Shown here piece by piece: positions 53,439-64,000 of a stretch of DNA of 64,000 nucleotides (the first letter of the stretch is position 1; every line of letters starts with the position of its first letter). This stretch comes from Candidatus Poribacteria bacterium. Its GTDB lineage: Bacteria; Poribacteria; WGA-4E; PCPOR2b. The stretch spans positions 4,416,001 to 4,480,000 of the forward strand of contig OZ240245.1 of the NCBI GenBank assembly GCA_965198175.1, written 5' to 3'. The notes beneath the pieces were generated by a model. It made no database searches, had not been told where the DNA came from, and was given only the letters and a program-made list of their open reading frames with translations. The translations under genes and the position numbers were made by a program.

Positions 53439-54692
53439 ATGAAGTTTAACACAATCCCGGAAGCCGTTGAAGCGATTCGGAACGGCGAAATGATTATTGT
53501 CACCGACGATCCAGATCGCGAAAACGAAGGCGATTTGATTATGGCGGCTGAAAAGGTCACGCCGGGAGCAATAAATTTTATGACGAAGTACGGGCGTGGC
53601 TTGATTTGTCTCCCAGCCACTGCAACTCGTTTGGCAGAGCTGAATCTCCCGCTTATGGTATCCGAAAACACCGACCGGCTACACACTGCCTTTACGGTAA
53701 CTATTGATGCAAAAGATGTGAGCACAGGGGTCGCTGCCCATGAACGCGCGCATACAATCCGGAAATTTGTCGATCCGGAGACAATATCAGAAGATTTTGT
53801 GCGGCCGGGTCACATTTTCCCACTACAGGCGATGGATGGTGGGGTGCTGCGGCGAGCCGGACATACCGAGGCAACCGTTGACCTTACCCTGCTCGCAGGA
53901 CTTTATCCGGCGGGAGTGCTTTGTGAAATCTTGAATGAAGACGGCACGATGGCAAGAATGCCTGAACTCTTGAAAATTGCTCCAAAACACGGGTTAAAGA
54001 TTATCACGATTGCAGATCTCATCGCGTATCGGCGGCAAACAGAAACGCTTATTAAACGAGTCACCGAGGCAGATCTGCAAACTCAGCATGGACGTTTCAA
54101 ACTTTATTCCTATGAAAGTATGGACGACCTGAAAACCCATATCGCACTTGTCAAAGGAGATGTCTTAGACGATAAACCTGTGTTGGTGCGCGTCCATTCG
54201 CAGTGTCTCACCGGAGATGTGTTCGGATCGCTTCGATGCGACTGCGGCGAGCAGTTGGATAAAGCGATGGAACTCATCCAAGCAGAAGGAAGAGGCGTAT
54301 TGGTGTACATGCGCCAAGAAGGACGTGGCATGGGACTTAGCAACAAAATCCGCGCCTACAATTTGCAGGACCGAGAAGGGCTTGATACTGTGGAAGCGAA
54401 CAATCGACTCGGTTTCCCTGCGGATTTGCGGGATTACGGTGTCGGTGCGCAAATTTTGGCAGATCTCGGTGTGCGGAAGATGCGTCTCTTAACCAACAAT
54501 CCTCGCAAGGTAAGCGGTTTGGTCGGGCACAACCTTGAAATTGTCGAGCGAGTCCCGCTTCAGACCCCACCGCACAAATTCAACCGTTGCTACCTCGAAA
54601 CGAAGCGAACGAAGCTAGGACATTTGCTGCTACACACAATTGATGGAGAGGAAGAGGAGGAAGCGCAAGATAAAGATGCGCGCGCTGACTAA
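53439..54692 (+). CDS. ribBA: Bifunctional DHBP synthase / GTP cyclohydrolase II
   Basis: [48 protein letters not shown]. Confidence 0.97.
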   Translation: MKFNTIPEAVEAIRNGEMIIVTDDPDRENEGDLIMAAEKVTPGAINFMTKYGRGLICLPATATRLAELNLPLMVSENTDRLHTAFTVTIDAKDVSTGVAAHERAHTIRKFVDPETISEDFVRPGHIFPLQAMDGGVLRRAGHTEATVDLTLLAGLYPAGVLCEILNEDGTMARMPELLKIAPKHGLKIITIADLIAYRRQTETLIKRVTEADLQTQHGRFKLYSYESMDDLKTHIALVKGDVLDDKPVLVRVHSQCLTGDVFGSLRCDCGEQLDKAMELIQAEGRGVLVYMRQEGRGMGLSNKIRAYNLQDREGLDTVEANNRLGFPADLRDYGVGAQILADLGVRKMRLLTNNPRKVSGLVGHNLEIVERVPLQTPPHKFNRCYLETKRTKLGHLLLHTIDGEEEEEAQDKDARAD

Positions 54693-54694
54693 CG

Positions 54695-55177
54695 ATGCCG
54701 AACATTTATGAAGGGAATCTAGTTGGAAGCAATCTGAGAATCGGCATAACCGTCAGTCGATTTAACAACTTTATCACCACCAAACTGTTAGATGGAGCGC
54801 TTGACGCCCTCAAACGTCACGGGGTCGATCTTGATGAAGTAGATATCTTTTGGACGCCCGGTGCGTTTGAGATTCCCGCAACAGCAAAGCGGCTTGCAGA
54901 GAGCAATCGATATAACGCGATTATTTGTATTGGTGCGGTGATTCGCGGCGCAACACCACACTTCGATTTTGTCGCAAGTGAGAGCGCTAAAGGGATTGCG
55001 CAGGTCTCATTCAACACAGGCGTTCCCGTGATTTATGGGGTTATCACCACGGAAACAATTGAGCAAGCCATTGAACGCACCGGTACAAAAATGGGGAACA
55101 AAGGCGCTGAAGCGGCTGTTGCTGCAATCGAGATGGCGAACCTGTATCGGAGGATTGAGGAATCGACAAACAACTGA
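54695..55177 (+). CDS. ribH: 6,7-dimethyl-8-ribityllumazine synthase
   Basis: SRFN, PGAFEIP, GAVIRG.T.HF, G.K.GNKG. Confidence 0.97.
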   Translation: MPNIYEGNLVGSNLRIGITVSRFNNFITTKLLDGALDALKRHGVDLDEVDIFWTPGAFEIPATAKRLAESNRYNAIICIGAVIRGATPHFDFVASESAKGIAQVSFNTGVPVIYGVITTETIEQAIERTGTKMGNKGAEAAVAAIEMANLYRRIEESTNN

Positions 55178-55328
55178 TACAAACGGATGGACACTTACGG
55201 TTATTGTAGCCTCCCTAAATCATTGTTCGTTTATGGAAAAATCTTCATACAAATCTGAAGCAGGAAGCCGAAACCAATGGATTTCCGATAATAATCAATG
55301 ATGATTTTTTCTCGTTACTGGATATAAC

Positions 55329-56231
55329 ATGAAGGCAGTTGTGCTGCACGGAGATTGCAGTTCACTTTTGGCGCAACAGGGATTTGCGCAACATACCGCT
55401 CTTGGAGGCATCGATCTCACTTTTCTTGATCCACCCTTCAATCAAGACAAAGGGTACAACGAGTGGGATGATAACTTGCCTGAAACGCAATATTGGAAGT
55501 GGATGGGCGATGTGTGCACAAAGATTTACCACCAGACCGCCGCGGGCGGTGCAATCTATTTTATGCAACGCGAAAAGAAAACTGAATCTGTGCTGCGGTG
55601 TCTACGCGAATCTGGATGGGCGTTTCAAAACCTGATCGTTTGGAAAAAGAAAACGTCCGCGGTCCCCGGAATGAAGCGTTTTGGCAAGCATTACCAGATT
55701 ATTGCGTTCGCAACGAAAGGGGAGCGTCCACAGGTATTTCACCGCCTGCGAATCAATCCGCCACTTCCTACGGACTACAAATATGAACGGGAAAACGGCA
55801 TGTTCGTCACCGACGTGTGGGATGATATTCGTGAGTTGACATCGGGCTATTTTGCTGGAGATGAAGCCTTGCGGGATACAGAAGGAAATCGCTTGCACAA
55901 GCAACAGGCACCGATTCAACTTCTGCTTCGAATAATCCTCTCCTCAACAAATCCCGGCGATGTTGTATTGGACCCATTTGCGGGTTCAGGGACAACGTTG
56001 GTCGTTGCGGAGCAGTTGGGGCGAAAGTCAATCGGCATTGAACTCGATAAAATCAACGTCGAAATCATTCGGGAAAGGCTTGCTGAAAAAAGAAAAGCAG
56101 ATGATATTTTAGGTTTATTCAAAGACTATAAATGCACACCGAACTTAGAAGCCATTTGGGGAACAGATGCGCAAATAAAAGAATCGACATCTGTTTCCAA
56201 ACAGATGGCACTTTTTGAGTCAAATCAATAG
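55329..56231 (+). CDS. Beta-class N4-C/N6-A DNA methyltransferase
   Basis: Motif IV DPPF precedes motif I VLDPFAGSGTT. Confidence 0.92.
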   Translation: MKAVVLHGDCSSLLAQQGFAQHTALGGIDLTFLDPPFNQDKGYNEWDDNLPETQYWKWMGDVCTKIYHQTAAGGAIYFMQREKKTESVLRCLRESGWAFQNLIVWKKKTSAVPGMKRFGKHYQIIAFATKGERPQVFHRLRINPPLPTDYKYERENGMFVTDVWDDIRELTSGYFAGDEALRDTEGNRLHKQQAPIQLLLRIILSSTNPGDVVLDPFAGSGTTLVVAEQLGRKSIGIELDKINVEIIRERLAEKRKADDILGLFKDYKCTPNLEAIWGTDAQIKESTSVSKQMALFESNQ

Positions 56232-57086
56232 ATGGCTTACTCAATCTATCACTTCTTCGCTGACCTATTCCTAAAAAAACGGGATTTTACATCCCAAAAT
56301 CCGCTTGATACCTTTTCTTTCAATCAAGAGATGTTCGCATGTGTCAACAAGGGACGGTTCCCCGATCTAGCTATCAAACTCAATCACAATGACTCAATTT
56401 TTAGTGGCGGAGAGTTGATTGAACTGAAGGACAGCCAAAGCTATTCAGTTGCTTCTTTCAACTCGACGATTCCGACAGGTGAAAAAGATGTTCAGAAGTT
56501 AATCGAAGGGGTGGAAAACATCATTCGGACACAGATGCTGGAAGCTGGTGATGAGATTCTCTCCTTACCTATTCGGCAAGTGTTCTACTTAATTCGTGGC
56601 AGAAACAGGTCAAACGTGAAAGTTTGCCTAGCCCATGGGAAGTTCTTTTAGACAGTCCCTGTTTCAACCCTGATTTCTGAGTCATTTGGGCAAGCTTTGG
56701 AAGAACGACTTAATCAACTTGGAACATCGTTCTCGGATTCAATGAAACAAAAACTGCTGAATCTGTTCAGCGAGCAAGAAACCTTCAGTAAGACAAGAAG
56801 CGTTGAAAACGCATCGGTTAGACTACGTTTCCGCGTGATGACTGAAGTTAAAGCGGGGGGAAACATCCTAAACCAAAATCAATCTCCCGAGATTAATGAC
56901 AATACGCTGAACCTTGCTACCCCCTATCACAACGAGGCAGAGCAGAAACTGCATATTGATAGAATGAACGCGGCGTTTGAACAAATGAACATCTCTGACC
57001 TATTTTCACAGATTGGAATTTTCACCCTTCAACATCATTTCAACGGTCCCTTCTTAATTTTTCAAACGAATCTTTTATCAACGTGA
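56232..57086 (+). pseudogene. Putative type II restriction endonuclease split by one in-frame TAG
   Basis: Abuts the MTase; FPDL...IELK PD-(D/E)xK motif; TAG at 56649-56651, same frame continues to 57086. Confidence 0.75.
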
Positions 57087-57093
57087 GTCTTTC

Positions 57094-57696
57094 ATGATTG
57101 GAATTATCGACTACGGTGCGGGCAACCTAACGAGTGTTGAGCGCGCTGTCAAATACTTAGGCTACGATGGAAAAATTACCGCCGATTCTGATACGGTTCT
57201 GACCGCCGATAAGGTGATTTTCCCCGGTGTTGGGGCAGCACGGGCAACGATGGACAACCTTAGCGCGGGAGGGCTCTCAGAGGTCTTGAAGCAGGTTTAT
57301 AAAGCCGGCAAACCGATGTTGGGAATATGTATCGGCATCCAAATTCTGTTTAATCACAGCGAAGAAGATGATACCGAGTGTCTGGGTATTTTAGCCGGTG
57401 ATGTAAAACAATTTGAGGCAGCACCCGCCTTAAAAGTGCCACAGATTGGCTGGAATGAAGTGAATCAGACCCAATCGCACCCTATTTTTCAAGATGTCCC
57501 GAATCCTGCACATTTCTATTTTGTTAATTCGTACTATCCGATTCCCCAGGATTCGTCGCATATCATTGGAAAAACTACTTATGGCGTTGAATTTTGCAGT
57601 GTTGTCGCCCATGAGAATCTCATTGCGACTCAATTTCATCTGGAAAAAAGCGGTCGAATCGGACTCAAGATGCTTGATAATTTTCTGCGTAACTAA
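57094..57696 (+). CDS. hisH: Imidazole glycerol phosphate synthase glutaminase subunit
   Basis: IDYGAGNL.SV, FPGVG, GICIG.Q, PQIGWN, FYFVNSY, QFHLEKS. Confidence 0.95.
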   Translation: MIGIIDYGAGNLTSVERAVKYLGYDGKITADSDTVLTADKVIFPGVGAARATMDNLSAGGLSEVLKQVYKAGKPMLGICIGIQILFNHSEEDDTECLGILAGDVKQFEAAPALKVPQIGWNEVNQTQSHPIFQDVPNPAHFYFVNSYYPIPQDSSHIIGKTTYGVEFCSVVAHENLIATQFHLEKSGRIGLKMLDNFLRN

Positions 57697-57708
57697 TCCT
57701 GTCCGCCC

Positions 57709-59277
57709 ATGACATCTATCTTCCTTGCATCCCTTGTTGTACTCATCAATCTCTTTACATACAGTTCTCATCATCCGCAAGGTTACGAAATTGTGATGCA
57801 CCTTTACTACGGAATCATGATCCTTGCGGGAAAATATAGTGGTCGTTACGGGCAAGGGGTGCTTGTTGCATTAACTACATTCGCGAATTGGCTGTATATC
57901 GTCCTCTACTACGATCAGATGTTCGTTCCCGGAGTTACGACGGTGGTTGCGACTGTGTATCCTTTCATCGCTTTCTTCATCGCTCGTACCCTACGGCTAT
58001 CCGAATCACAGCAAGATACAACTGAAGAGCAACTCCAAAACCTTGGAAGTCGGGTTCGCGACCTATCAACCCTTTTTGAAATCGGAAAAGCTGCAAACGC
58101 AGCATTGGAGCTGGATGAACTATTCCAAGAAATAATGAAAACCCTCGCGGATCGAATGGGAGTGTATCGAGGCACATTGAGAATCTGGAAAGATGGTAAG
58201 CGAACGAGAACGATGGGTGCTGTTTTCGGATTGACGAAAGCAGAACTCCGGCGCGGCACAGATAGTCAAATCCACGAGATTCAGCAGAAGGTTCTGGATT
58301 CCGGACAGGCGATTGGCGTCCCACACACACGCAAACCGCTTCGACAACTCGACCTTCCTGATGCAACCTCAATTCAGTCCAAAGATCCGATTGCTTTCTG
58401 GTGTATCCCTGTTATCGTGGATGAACAGGTGGTCGCCACATTAACTGTCGACAAGGCATCAGACGAATTTTCGGCGGGAGATGACCTCCGAATTTTGACA
58501 ATCATCGCTTCAATTCTGGGGCAGCGCGTTAAGATTCAGGAGGTGATTGATTCGCTCGTCCAATCCGAACGCTTGGCAACGCTCGGCAAGCTCGCCACCA
58601 CAGTCGCCCATGAGGTTAGGAATCCGCTGGGAGGCATTCGTGGGGCGGCGCAACTCCTCCAACTTGGAAGCGAATCGTATCCAGAATCCAAAGAGTATAT
58701 CGCCGTCATCATTAAAGAAGTGGATCGGCTCAATCGTGTCATTGAGCAGTTGCTCACCTTTGGCAAGGGACGCCCCACGAATTTTAAGCTGCACAATCTT
58801 CACGAGATTATCGAAAATAGTCTCTCAATCTCCCAACCCGACTTGGATCAAAACCGGATTCGCGTTGAATTCATCCGTTGGGATGACTGTCCGCTCGTTG
58901 TCGTTGATGCAGATGGGTTGACGCAAGTGCTGCTGAATCTATTTCGGAACGCGATTGAATCCATGGAAATAGCCGGAGTATTGACAATTCAGACGCAATG
59001 TGATGATGTTAGCACTTCGGCACACACGGGGCAGCCTTTGAGCGAAACCGAAGAATTAGAAAAACAGACTGTTCAGATTCGCGTTCAGGACACCGGGCCT
59101 GGTATCTCTCCGGATGTCGTGCCGTATCTGTTCGATCCGTTTTATACCACGAAACAGAAAGGAACAGGGCTTGGACTAGCAATCAGCCGCGAGATTATTG
59201 AGGAACATGGCGGTACCATTGAAGTCGATCCCACGTTAGCCCAAGGGACCGCGTTCGTCATTACACTGTCGATTTGA
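57709..59277 (+). CDS. Membrane GAF-domain sensor histidine kinase (NtrB-like core)
   Basis: N-terminal TMs, GAF domain, AHEVRNPL, N-box, D.G.G, PF.TTK..GTGLGL. Confidence 0.92.
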   Translation: MTSIFLASLVVLINLFTYSSHHPQGYEIVMHLYYGIMILAGKYSGRYGQGVLVALTTFANWLYIVLYYDQMFVPGVTTVVATVYPFIAFFIARTLRLSESQQDTTEEQLQNLGSRVRDLSTLFEIGKAANAALELDELFQEIMKTLADRMGVYRGTLRIWKDGKRTRTMGAVFGLTKAELRRGTDSQIHEIQQKVLDSGQAIGVPHTRKPLRQLDLPDATSIQSKDPIAFWCIPVIVDEQVVATLTVDKASDEFSAGDDLRILTIIASILGQRVKIQEVIDSLVQSERLATLGKLATTVAHEVRNPLGGIRGAAQLLQLGSESYPESKEYIAVIIKEVDRLNRVIEQLLTFGKGRPTNFKLHNLHEIIENSLSISQPDLDQNRIRVEFIRWDDCPLVVVDADGLTQVLLNLFRNAIESMEIAGVLTIQTQCDDVSTSAHTGQPLSETEELEKQTVQIRVQDTGPGISPDVVPYLFDPFYTTKQKGTGLGLAISREIIEEHGGTIEVDPTLAQGTAFVITLSI

Positions 59278-59349
59278 CACTAAACCACATGAATCTCAAG
59301 ACTGTCACAGATTGGACAACGCCAATCTGTGCTCTAAATGTGAATACCG

Positions 59350-60879
59350 ATGGACCACTCAATTCTTATCGCCGACGATGACGATAGCATTCGTTTCGTG
59401 CTAACAAAAGCCCTTCAAAAAGAAGGTTATCGCATATTCAGTGCACGAAACGGCAAAGAGACAGTAGATCTGCTCCGTTCAGAACCGATTGACGTGATAT
59501 TGCTTGATATCTTTATGCCTGATGCCAACGGGCTGGATCTAATCGAGACGCTCCAAGAAATCAACTCAACAGCCTCGATAATTATCGTTACGGCCCATGG
59601 AACGACGCAAATTGCAATCGAAGCTGCCAAACGCCGCACCTACGACTATATCCCCGAGTCTCATGACCCCATCACCGAGCTTGATGACTATAACACCAAG
59701 CCTGATGACTATATCACCAAGCCTGATGGCATTATCACCAAGCCTTTTGACATCATAGCCGTGACTGATCTCGTCGCCCGTGCAGCGAATGCTGCGAATC
59801 AAGCAAAGCGGACAATCGCGGGATTGGAGCCCAATCAGGAACGCAAACAGAGCATCGACACCTTCTCACCTTCGCCTGCTGGAGAGGACGCAAAATATCA
59901 AATTGTGGGTGAAAGTCCGGCAATGCATGTCGTCTTTCAGATCATTGGGCGGGCATCGATTCTTGATGAAACGGTGCTTATTATGGGTGAGAGTGGTACT
60001 GGGAAAGAATTGGTCGCTCGAGCAATTCATCAGAACAGCCGAAGAACGGAGGCTGCCTTTGTTGTTGTTGATTGTAGTGCGATTCCGCCGGGCTTAATCG
60101 AAAGCACCTTGTTCGGACACGTCAAGGGAGCCTTCACTGGGGCTGAAGCGGACCGCCAAGGAAAATTTAAACAGGCAGATGGCGGAACTATCTTTCTGGA
60201 CGAGGTTGGCGAGCTACCCACTGAAGTGCAGATGAGGTTGTTACGTGTGCTACAGGAACGCGAGATTGAGCCAGTGGGATCAAATGAGTCGAGTCAAATT
60301 GATGTACGCGTCATCGCGGCGACAAATCGGCAGCTTGATTTGGCTATCCAAAATGGCACATTTCGCGAAGATTTGTTCTATCGACTCAATGTTGTGCCAA
60401 TCTATCTCCCTCCGCTGCGTGAACGGAAACAGGATATCCGAGATCTCGTCGATTCTTTCATTCGTCACTTTGCTGGAGAGTATAATCTTCCGGAAGTGTC
60501 AATCTCCCCTGAAGCATTCGAAGCGCTGATGGATTACGACTGGCCCGGGAACGTGCGAGAATTGGAAAATACGCTCAAACGCGCCTTAGTGATGTGTTCG
60601 GGTCACGTACTTTTACCGGAACATTTTCCTCAGTTTTCGGAAGGTAAGGACACATCGCTACATTCCATGATCAAGGAACGTGTTGACGAATACATTGAAT
60701 CAGAAAGAACGGATGGCTTGCTGTACACAGAGATACGTGCTGGTTTTGAGAAAGCGTTATTTGAAATTGTGCTTGACCGAACGGGTTGGAACCGCAGCAA
60801 AGCAGCCGATCTTCTCGGAATCAATCGAAATACACTGCATTCCAAGATGGAAGAATATGAAATTAAGGGAGATAGGTAG
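59350..60879 (+). CDS. Sigma54-dependent response regulator (NtrC-like)
   Basis: Receiver domain (ADDD, LLDI.MP), GESGTGKE, GAFTGA, FLDEV, WPGNVREL, Fis HTH. Confidence 0.95.
   Translation: MDHSILIADDDDSIRFVLTKALQKEGYRIFSARNGKETVDLLRSEPIDVILLDIFMPDANGLDLIETLQEINSTASIIIVTAHGTTQIAIEAAKRRTYDYIPESHDPITELDDYNTKPDDYITKPDGIITKPFDIIAVTDLVARAANAANQAKRTIAGLEPNQERKQSIDTFSPSPAGEDAKYQIVGESPAMHVVFQIIGRASILDETVLIMGESGTGKELVARAIHQNSRRTEAAFVVVDCSAIPPGLIESTLFGHVKGAFTGAEADRQGKFKQADGGTIFLDEVGELPTEVQMRLLRVLQEREIEPVGSNESSQIDVRVIAATNRQLDLAIQNGTFREDLFYRLNVVPIYLPPLRERKQDIRDLVDSFIRHFAGEYNLPEVSISPEAFEALMDYDWPGNVRELENTLKRALVMCSGHVLLPEHFPQFSEGKDTSLHSMIKERVDEYIESERTDGLLYTEIRAGFEKALFEIVLDRTGWNRSKAADLLGINRNTLHSKMEEYEIKGDR
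59641..59745 (+). repeat. Five 21-bp tandem units in the receiver domain
   Basis: YDYIPES/HDPITEL/DDYNTKP/DDYITKP/DGIITKP. Confidence 0.9.
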
Positions 60880-60898
60880 GACTAACATTACACCGGTT

Positions 60899-62947
60899 TT
60901 AACTGCCGATTAAGTCGGGGCACTCACACGCGCCCAGCCATTCCACGAATGTTGGAACCGCCTCGTGCCGTATCCGGGCGCCGACAAAGACGATAGAGCC
61001 TACTCGCCAAATGCAAGTCTCCCCACCATATGTTCCGAGGGTGTGCACGTTGGGTCGGACCTTCATACGGCGGGCGTACAAGCTCGGCAGAGCAACTCCT
61101 TCGAACGTTGTGACCTCGCCGCCAAGCACAATCTCACTTGAGGAACGGACACCGGTCGTTCCTCCATCCTCAGCAAGCGTTTCGCAGTCAGAGGCAAGCA
61201 AAACGCACTTGCCGGGCAATTCCGCGAACCGACGCCAGCAATGCTGGGGCACCTTGCGCGCCATCGCGACGACCACGAGACTGTAACGCTCAAGCTCGCC
61301 CCAATCGAGGGCATCGAGCGAACGAACCTCTATCGGGTCGAAGGGCGTTCCGTACGGATCCGAAATCTCGCCTAGAATGTCTGTGAACAACCGGTCAAGG
61401 CAGTCCACTTCGCCGAACGAGTTCAGGCTCCAAACATGATAGTCGCGCACAACCACAACACGCACTTTTACGTCTCCTCCAACCCGCTGACGAAACTGGT
61501 TGTTGAGCTGACGTGATTCCCCCCATGAGTCTGGATTCCCGTCCGGAAAGGTGGCAGCGGTGCCCCGCGGAGGACGCTCACGGGTTCCATATCCCAAATA
61601 CATAATCCGCGTCGGCTCTTGTGCGAGGTGCTGCTCATATATTCGATTGAGATGCGCCACTGACGGGTGTTGTACTTCATGACCCTGCATCCACGGCATC
61701 AGCTCTTTCTCATGCCGGCGGGCAAGACCGGCAACGTAACCCATATCGCGGGGTATCGAGCTGTCGTTGTAGCCGCGGTCCGAGGCTGGGTAGGGATCTG
61801 CAGATACGATGTCCATCTCACGCGCGCACATATCGAGCCCCATGCCTCCGTGGTCGTTGCCCACGTAGAAGGTGTTGCAACGTGTAAGGTTCCGATAGAT
61901 TCTTAGTGACTCGATGCCCTCTTGGCACAGCGTGTCCTTTGCAACTCGCAGAAGATCCGCACAAGCGCGGTGGTAAGACCACATCCAATCGGCGTACGCC
62001 CGCTCGCCGAACGCCTGTTGATACGTCCAATGCCGAGGATAGGTGTCGTCGGTATTCAAGCGCTTAAAGGCCGCGATTGCTTCGTCCGAATACTCCCAAA
62101 GAGGCATCGACTGGGCAGGATTCGCAGGACCGTTGGGCACCGTCTGCAAAAAATCCTCGTCGCCGACCCGGATTCCCATGACAATATCGGCAGGGAACTC
62201 TCCGCCGTTCGCCTCCGCCCACCGCCCAATCTCGTATCTAAGCTGCGCACGAAGCCCCTCGGCGGTCCCAACCGCGTGGGGGCTAGCCGTGTTGCCGAAG
62301 TAGTTTGCTGGCTGCGGCTGCTCGAAAATGGGTCCGCGCATTCGCCAATAGACGGCTAGCATGACATTGTCAAGATTGCCGCGCACGCCGGACAAATCGA
62401 ACCGCATACGATAGGTGTACTCGCCGCTGACCTCAATCGTTGCGGGAATTATCAACAAGTGTTGCTGCCCGTCGTAATCCTTTTCCTTGACGACGACTTC
62501 CGCACGATGCGGCGGCAACAGTTCCGCGAAGTAACTGCCGTTTCCGAGCGTCCAGTCACTACCGAAGACGGGCTTCTCAATCAAAATTTCGTGTCGTTGA
62601 GGTGCGAAGGAAAACCGATTCCAGTCGATTGCTTTTCCCTCATAGACACCCCCGATCATGACACACGGTGTTGGGGTAATGCCGTGTGCGGCGAGGCGGT
62701 CGGCTCGAAGTGTGATGTTCTCAATCGTAAATGCGAGCTGCACGTCGTACTTTCGGGCACATTCCAACGCTTGATTCAGGTCGAGCTCGTCGCCCACCCA
62801 GATGGCAGGATACATGTTGATTTCGACGCCTTCGACACCGTGGGCTTTCATGTCACGGAAGTCTTCGTCCACACCGTTGACGACGTTCACGTAGCTCATC
62901 CACACGCCTGCCTTGTGCGTGTGGAATGAAGTTTGTGCCATGTTCAT
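60899..62947 (-). CDS. Hypothetical protein, possibly a glycoside-hydrolase-like TIM barrel
   Basis: Long ORF with GGAGG RBS; WEYS..A..AF, Y.DW, D..S.DPYP pattern reminiscent of GH42-like proteins. Confidence 0.55.
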   Translation of the reverse strand: MNMAQTSFHTHKAGVWMSYVNVVNGVDEDFRDMKAHGVEGVEINMYPAIWVGDELDLNQALECARKYDVQLAFTIENITLRADRLAAHGITPTPCVMIGGVYEGKAIDWNRFSFAPQRHEILIEKPVFGSDWTLGNGSYFAELLPPHRAEVVVKEKDYDGQQHLLIIPATIEVSGEYTYRMRFDLSGVRGNLDNVMLAVYWRMRGPIFEQPQPANYFGNTASPHAVGTAEGLRAQLRYEIGRWAEANGGEFPADIVMGIRVGDEDFLQTVPNGPANPAQSMPLWEYSDEAIAAFKRLNTDDTYPRHWTYQQAFGERAYADWMWSYHRACADLLRVAKDTLCQEGIESLRIYRNLTRCNTFYVGNDHGGMGLDMCAREMDIVSADPYPASDRGYNDSSIPRDMGYVAGLARRHEKELMPWMQGHEVQHPSVAHLNRIYEQHLAQEPTRIMYLGYGTRERPPRGTAATFPDGNPDSWGESRQLNNQFRQRVGGDVKVRVVVVRDYHVWSLNSFGEVDCLDRLFTDILGEISDPYGTPFDPIEVRSLDALDWGELERYSLVVVAMARKVPQHCWRRFAELPGKCVLLASDCETLAEDGGTTGVRSSSEIVLGGEVTTFEGVALPSLYARRMKVRPNVHTLGTYGGETCIWRVGSIVFVGARIRHEAVPTFVEWLGACECPDLIGS

Positions 62948-63071
62948 ATCCTCCAGTCTTGTTCTAGTCATTTGCTGTGTCTGCCGCGGGTCGTCAAATT
63001 AAGCATAGCCCACCGGTAATCTATCGCTGTGAATTAAAGCCAGAGCAAGAGTGTCTTATGTTTGAGTATAC

Positions 63072-63815
63072 CTACTTCAACCGAAGAATATCCTGCCGCG
63101 CCTCCGTAAGCGCGTCCATGACCCGGTCGCTAAAGACAAGTCCCTGTCCGCCCCAGTCAGGCATGTAGCCGATACTGTAGCAGTAGTAAACGGTTCGCCG
63201 CCGGCGACCTGAGGTATTAATCACGGAGCCATGTGTTAAGGCTTCGGTGAAAATAATCGCGTCACCCGCTTTTGCGGGAATCGGTGTCAAGACCGGATTT
63301 TCGTCTGGATGATTGCCCCACGGCCTAGGAAAATTGCTCTTGTGTGCCCCCGAGATAACCGCGAAGCAACCGTCCTCGACATCGCAATCAATCGTTGGAA
63401 ACACTGCTTTGGTCAAGGTGGAAACCATCTGACCGTTGCGGCAGTGGTATTGGCATTTAGAGATAATTGGAGTGCCGTGCATATGCATCTGTGTATACCC
63501 ATCCTTCCATCGGTAGATGGTATAGGTGTGATTGAGGCGGTAGGGACCGCCAGTAACACCTTCGATGATGGACAGCACTTCAGGGATGTCAATTAGCGGA
63601 ATAAAAGCCGGATCGCTCTCAAGGATATTCGAGATGTAAAGCTCTTTCTCCGTTTTCGGTGTTCCGAGAACGAGAGGCGGCGGAAATTCCTCCGGCGGCA
63701 TGTTTTCAAATCGATCAAGCGCTCTATTACACGCCTCCACCACGTTGAGTGGTACCACATCCTTCAAAACAATGTAGCCTTCCAGGTCAAAAAGATATTT
63801 CTGTTGCTCTGTCAA
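63072..63815 (-). CDS. Phytanoyl-CoA dioxygenase family protein
   Basis: Y.FDL.GY.V, H.HG, G.F.V..G.HK, AGD.I.F.E.L.HG, RRT..Y.Y. Confidence 0.88.
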   Translation of the reverse strand: MTEQQKYLFDLEGYIVLKDVVPLNVVEACNRALDRFENMPPEEFPPPLVLGTPKTEKELYISNILESDPAFIPLIDIPEVLSIIEGVTGGPYRLNHTYTIYRWKDGYTQMHMHGTPIISKCQYHCRNGQMVSTLTKAVFPTIDCDVEDGCFAVISGAHKSNFPRPWGNHPDENPVLTPIPAKAGDAIIFTEALTHGSVINTSGRRRRTVYYCYSIGYMPDWGGQGLVFSDRVMDALTEARQDILRLK

Positions 63816-64000
63816 TGGTAGCCCTCCTTATCTAAGAATAATTCTGAAGACAATGTCAAGATGGGACTGCGGTTATTTGCCATCACCAAGCCAAAAAGGT
63901 AAACTCCAATAATTATCCAAATATGTCTGTTGAACAGAAGGTTGGATTGGTCATCAGATGATGACATTGTGTCAATATCTTGCGGCTGATGTTGGTGGAA

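Noticed and set aside
59306..59331. Hairpin CACAGATTGG-N6-CCAATCTGTG between the kinase and regulator genes
   Set aside because: Single copy with no U-tract; cannot be assigned as a terminator or REP.

Overview
A 64-kb bacterial chromosomal window of about 50% GC (estimated by eye). The lineage is probably Candidatus Poribacteria-like; this is an inference from the secreted protein ending in a PNYPNPFNPETWIPY-type module, the phytanoyl-CoA dioxygenase and the sugar-catabolic genes. Housekeeping blocks are ligA (partial)-dapF-dapA; rsmD, sugar dehydrogenases, sucC, serpin, pgk, panB, proS and sucD; kdsB-pyrG; cinA; an FMN-riboswitch-controlled ribD-ribE-ribBA-ribH operon; and hisH plus an NtrB/NtrC-like pair. 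These alternate with two accessory/defence patches. The patch at 4.9-14.5 kb holds a stand-alone HsdR-N nuclease, a stand-alone TIR protein, a DUF4268-like pseudogene and a broken DUF4011/helicase/DUF3320 (Hhe-like) gene. The patch at 36.6-42.9 kb holds an apparently intact type II Zorya system (zorA-zorB-zorE). A type II R-M pair with a nonsense-inactivated nuclease sits between ribH and hisH. An orphan Rad50/SbcC-like ATPase with atypical motifs and a small upstream partner is also present. The most striking unexplained structure is a family of about 12 GTAG-type REP-like elements (AGTTTTTGTAGGTTGGG...CCCAACCTACAAAAACT). Their REP arms enclose a nearly fixed-length (mostly exactly 70 nt) but highly diverged insert. 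They are built into 120-366 bp mosaics with two other repeat modules, cluster around the defence genes, interrupt one gene and supply stop codons to others. No RAYT/transposase, tRNA, rRNA or CRISPR array was seen.
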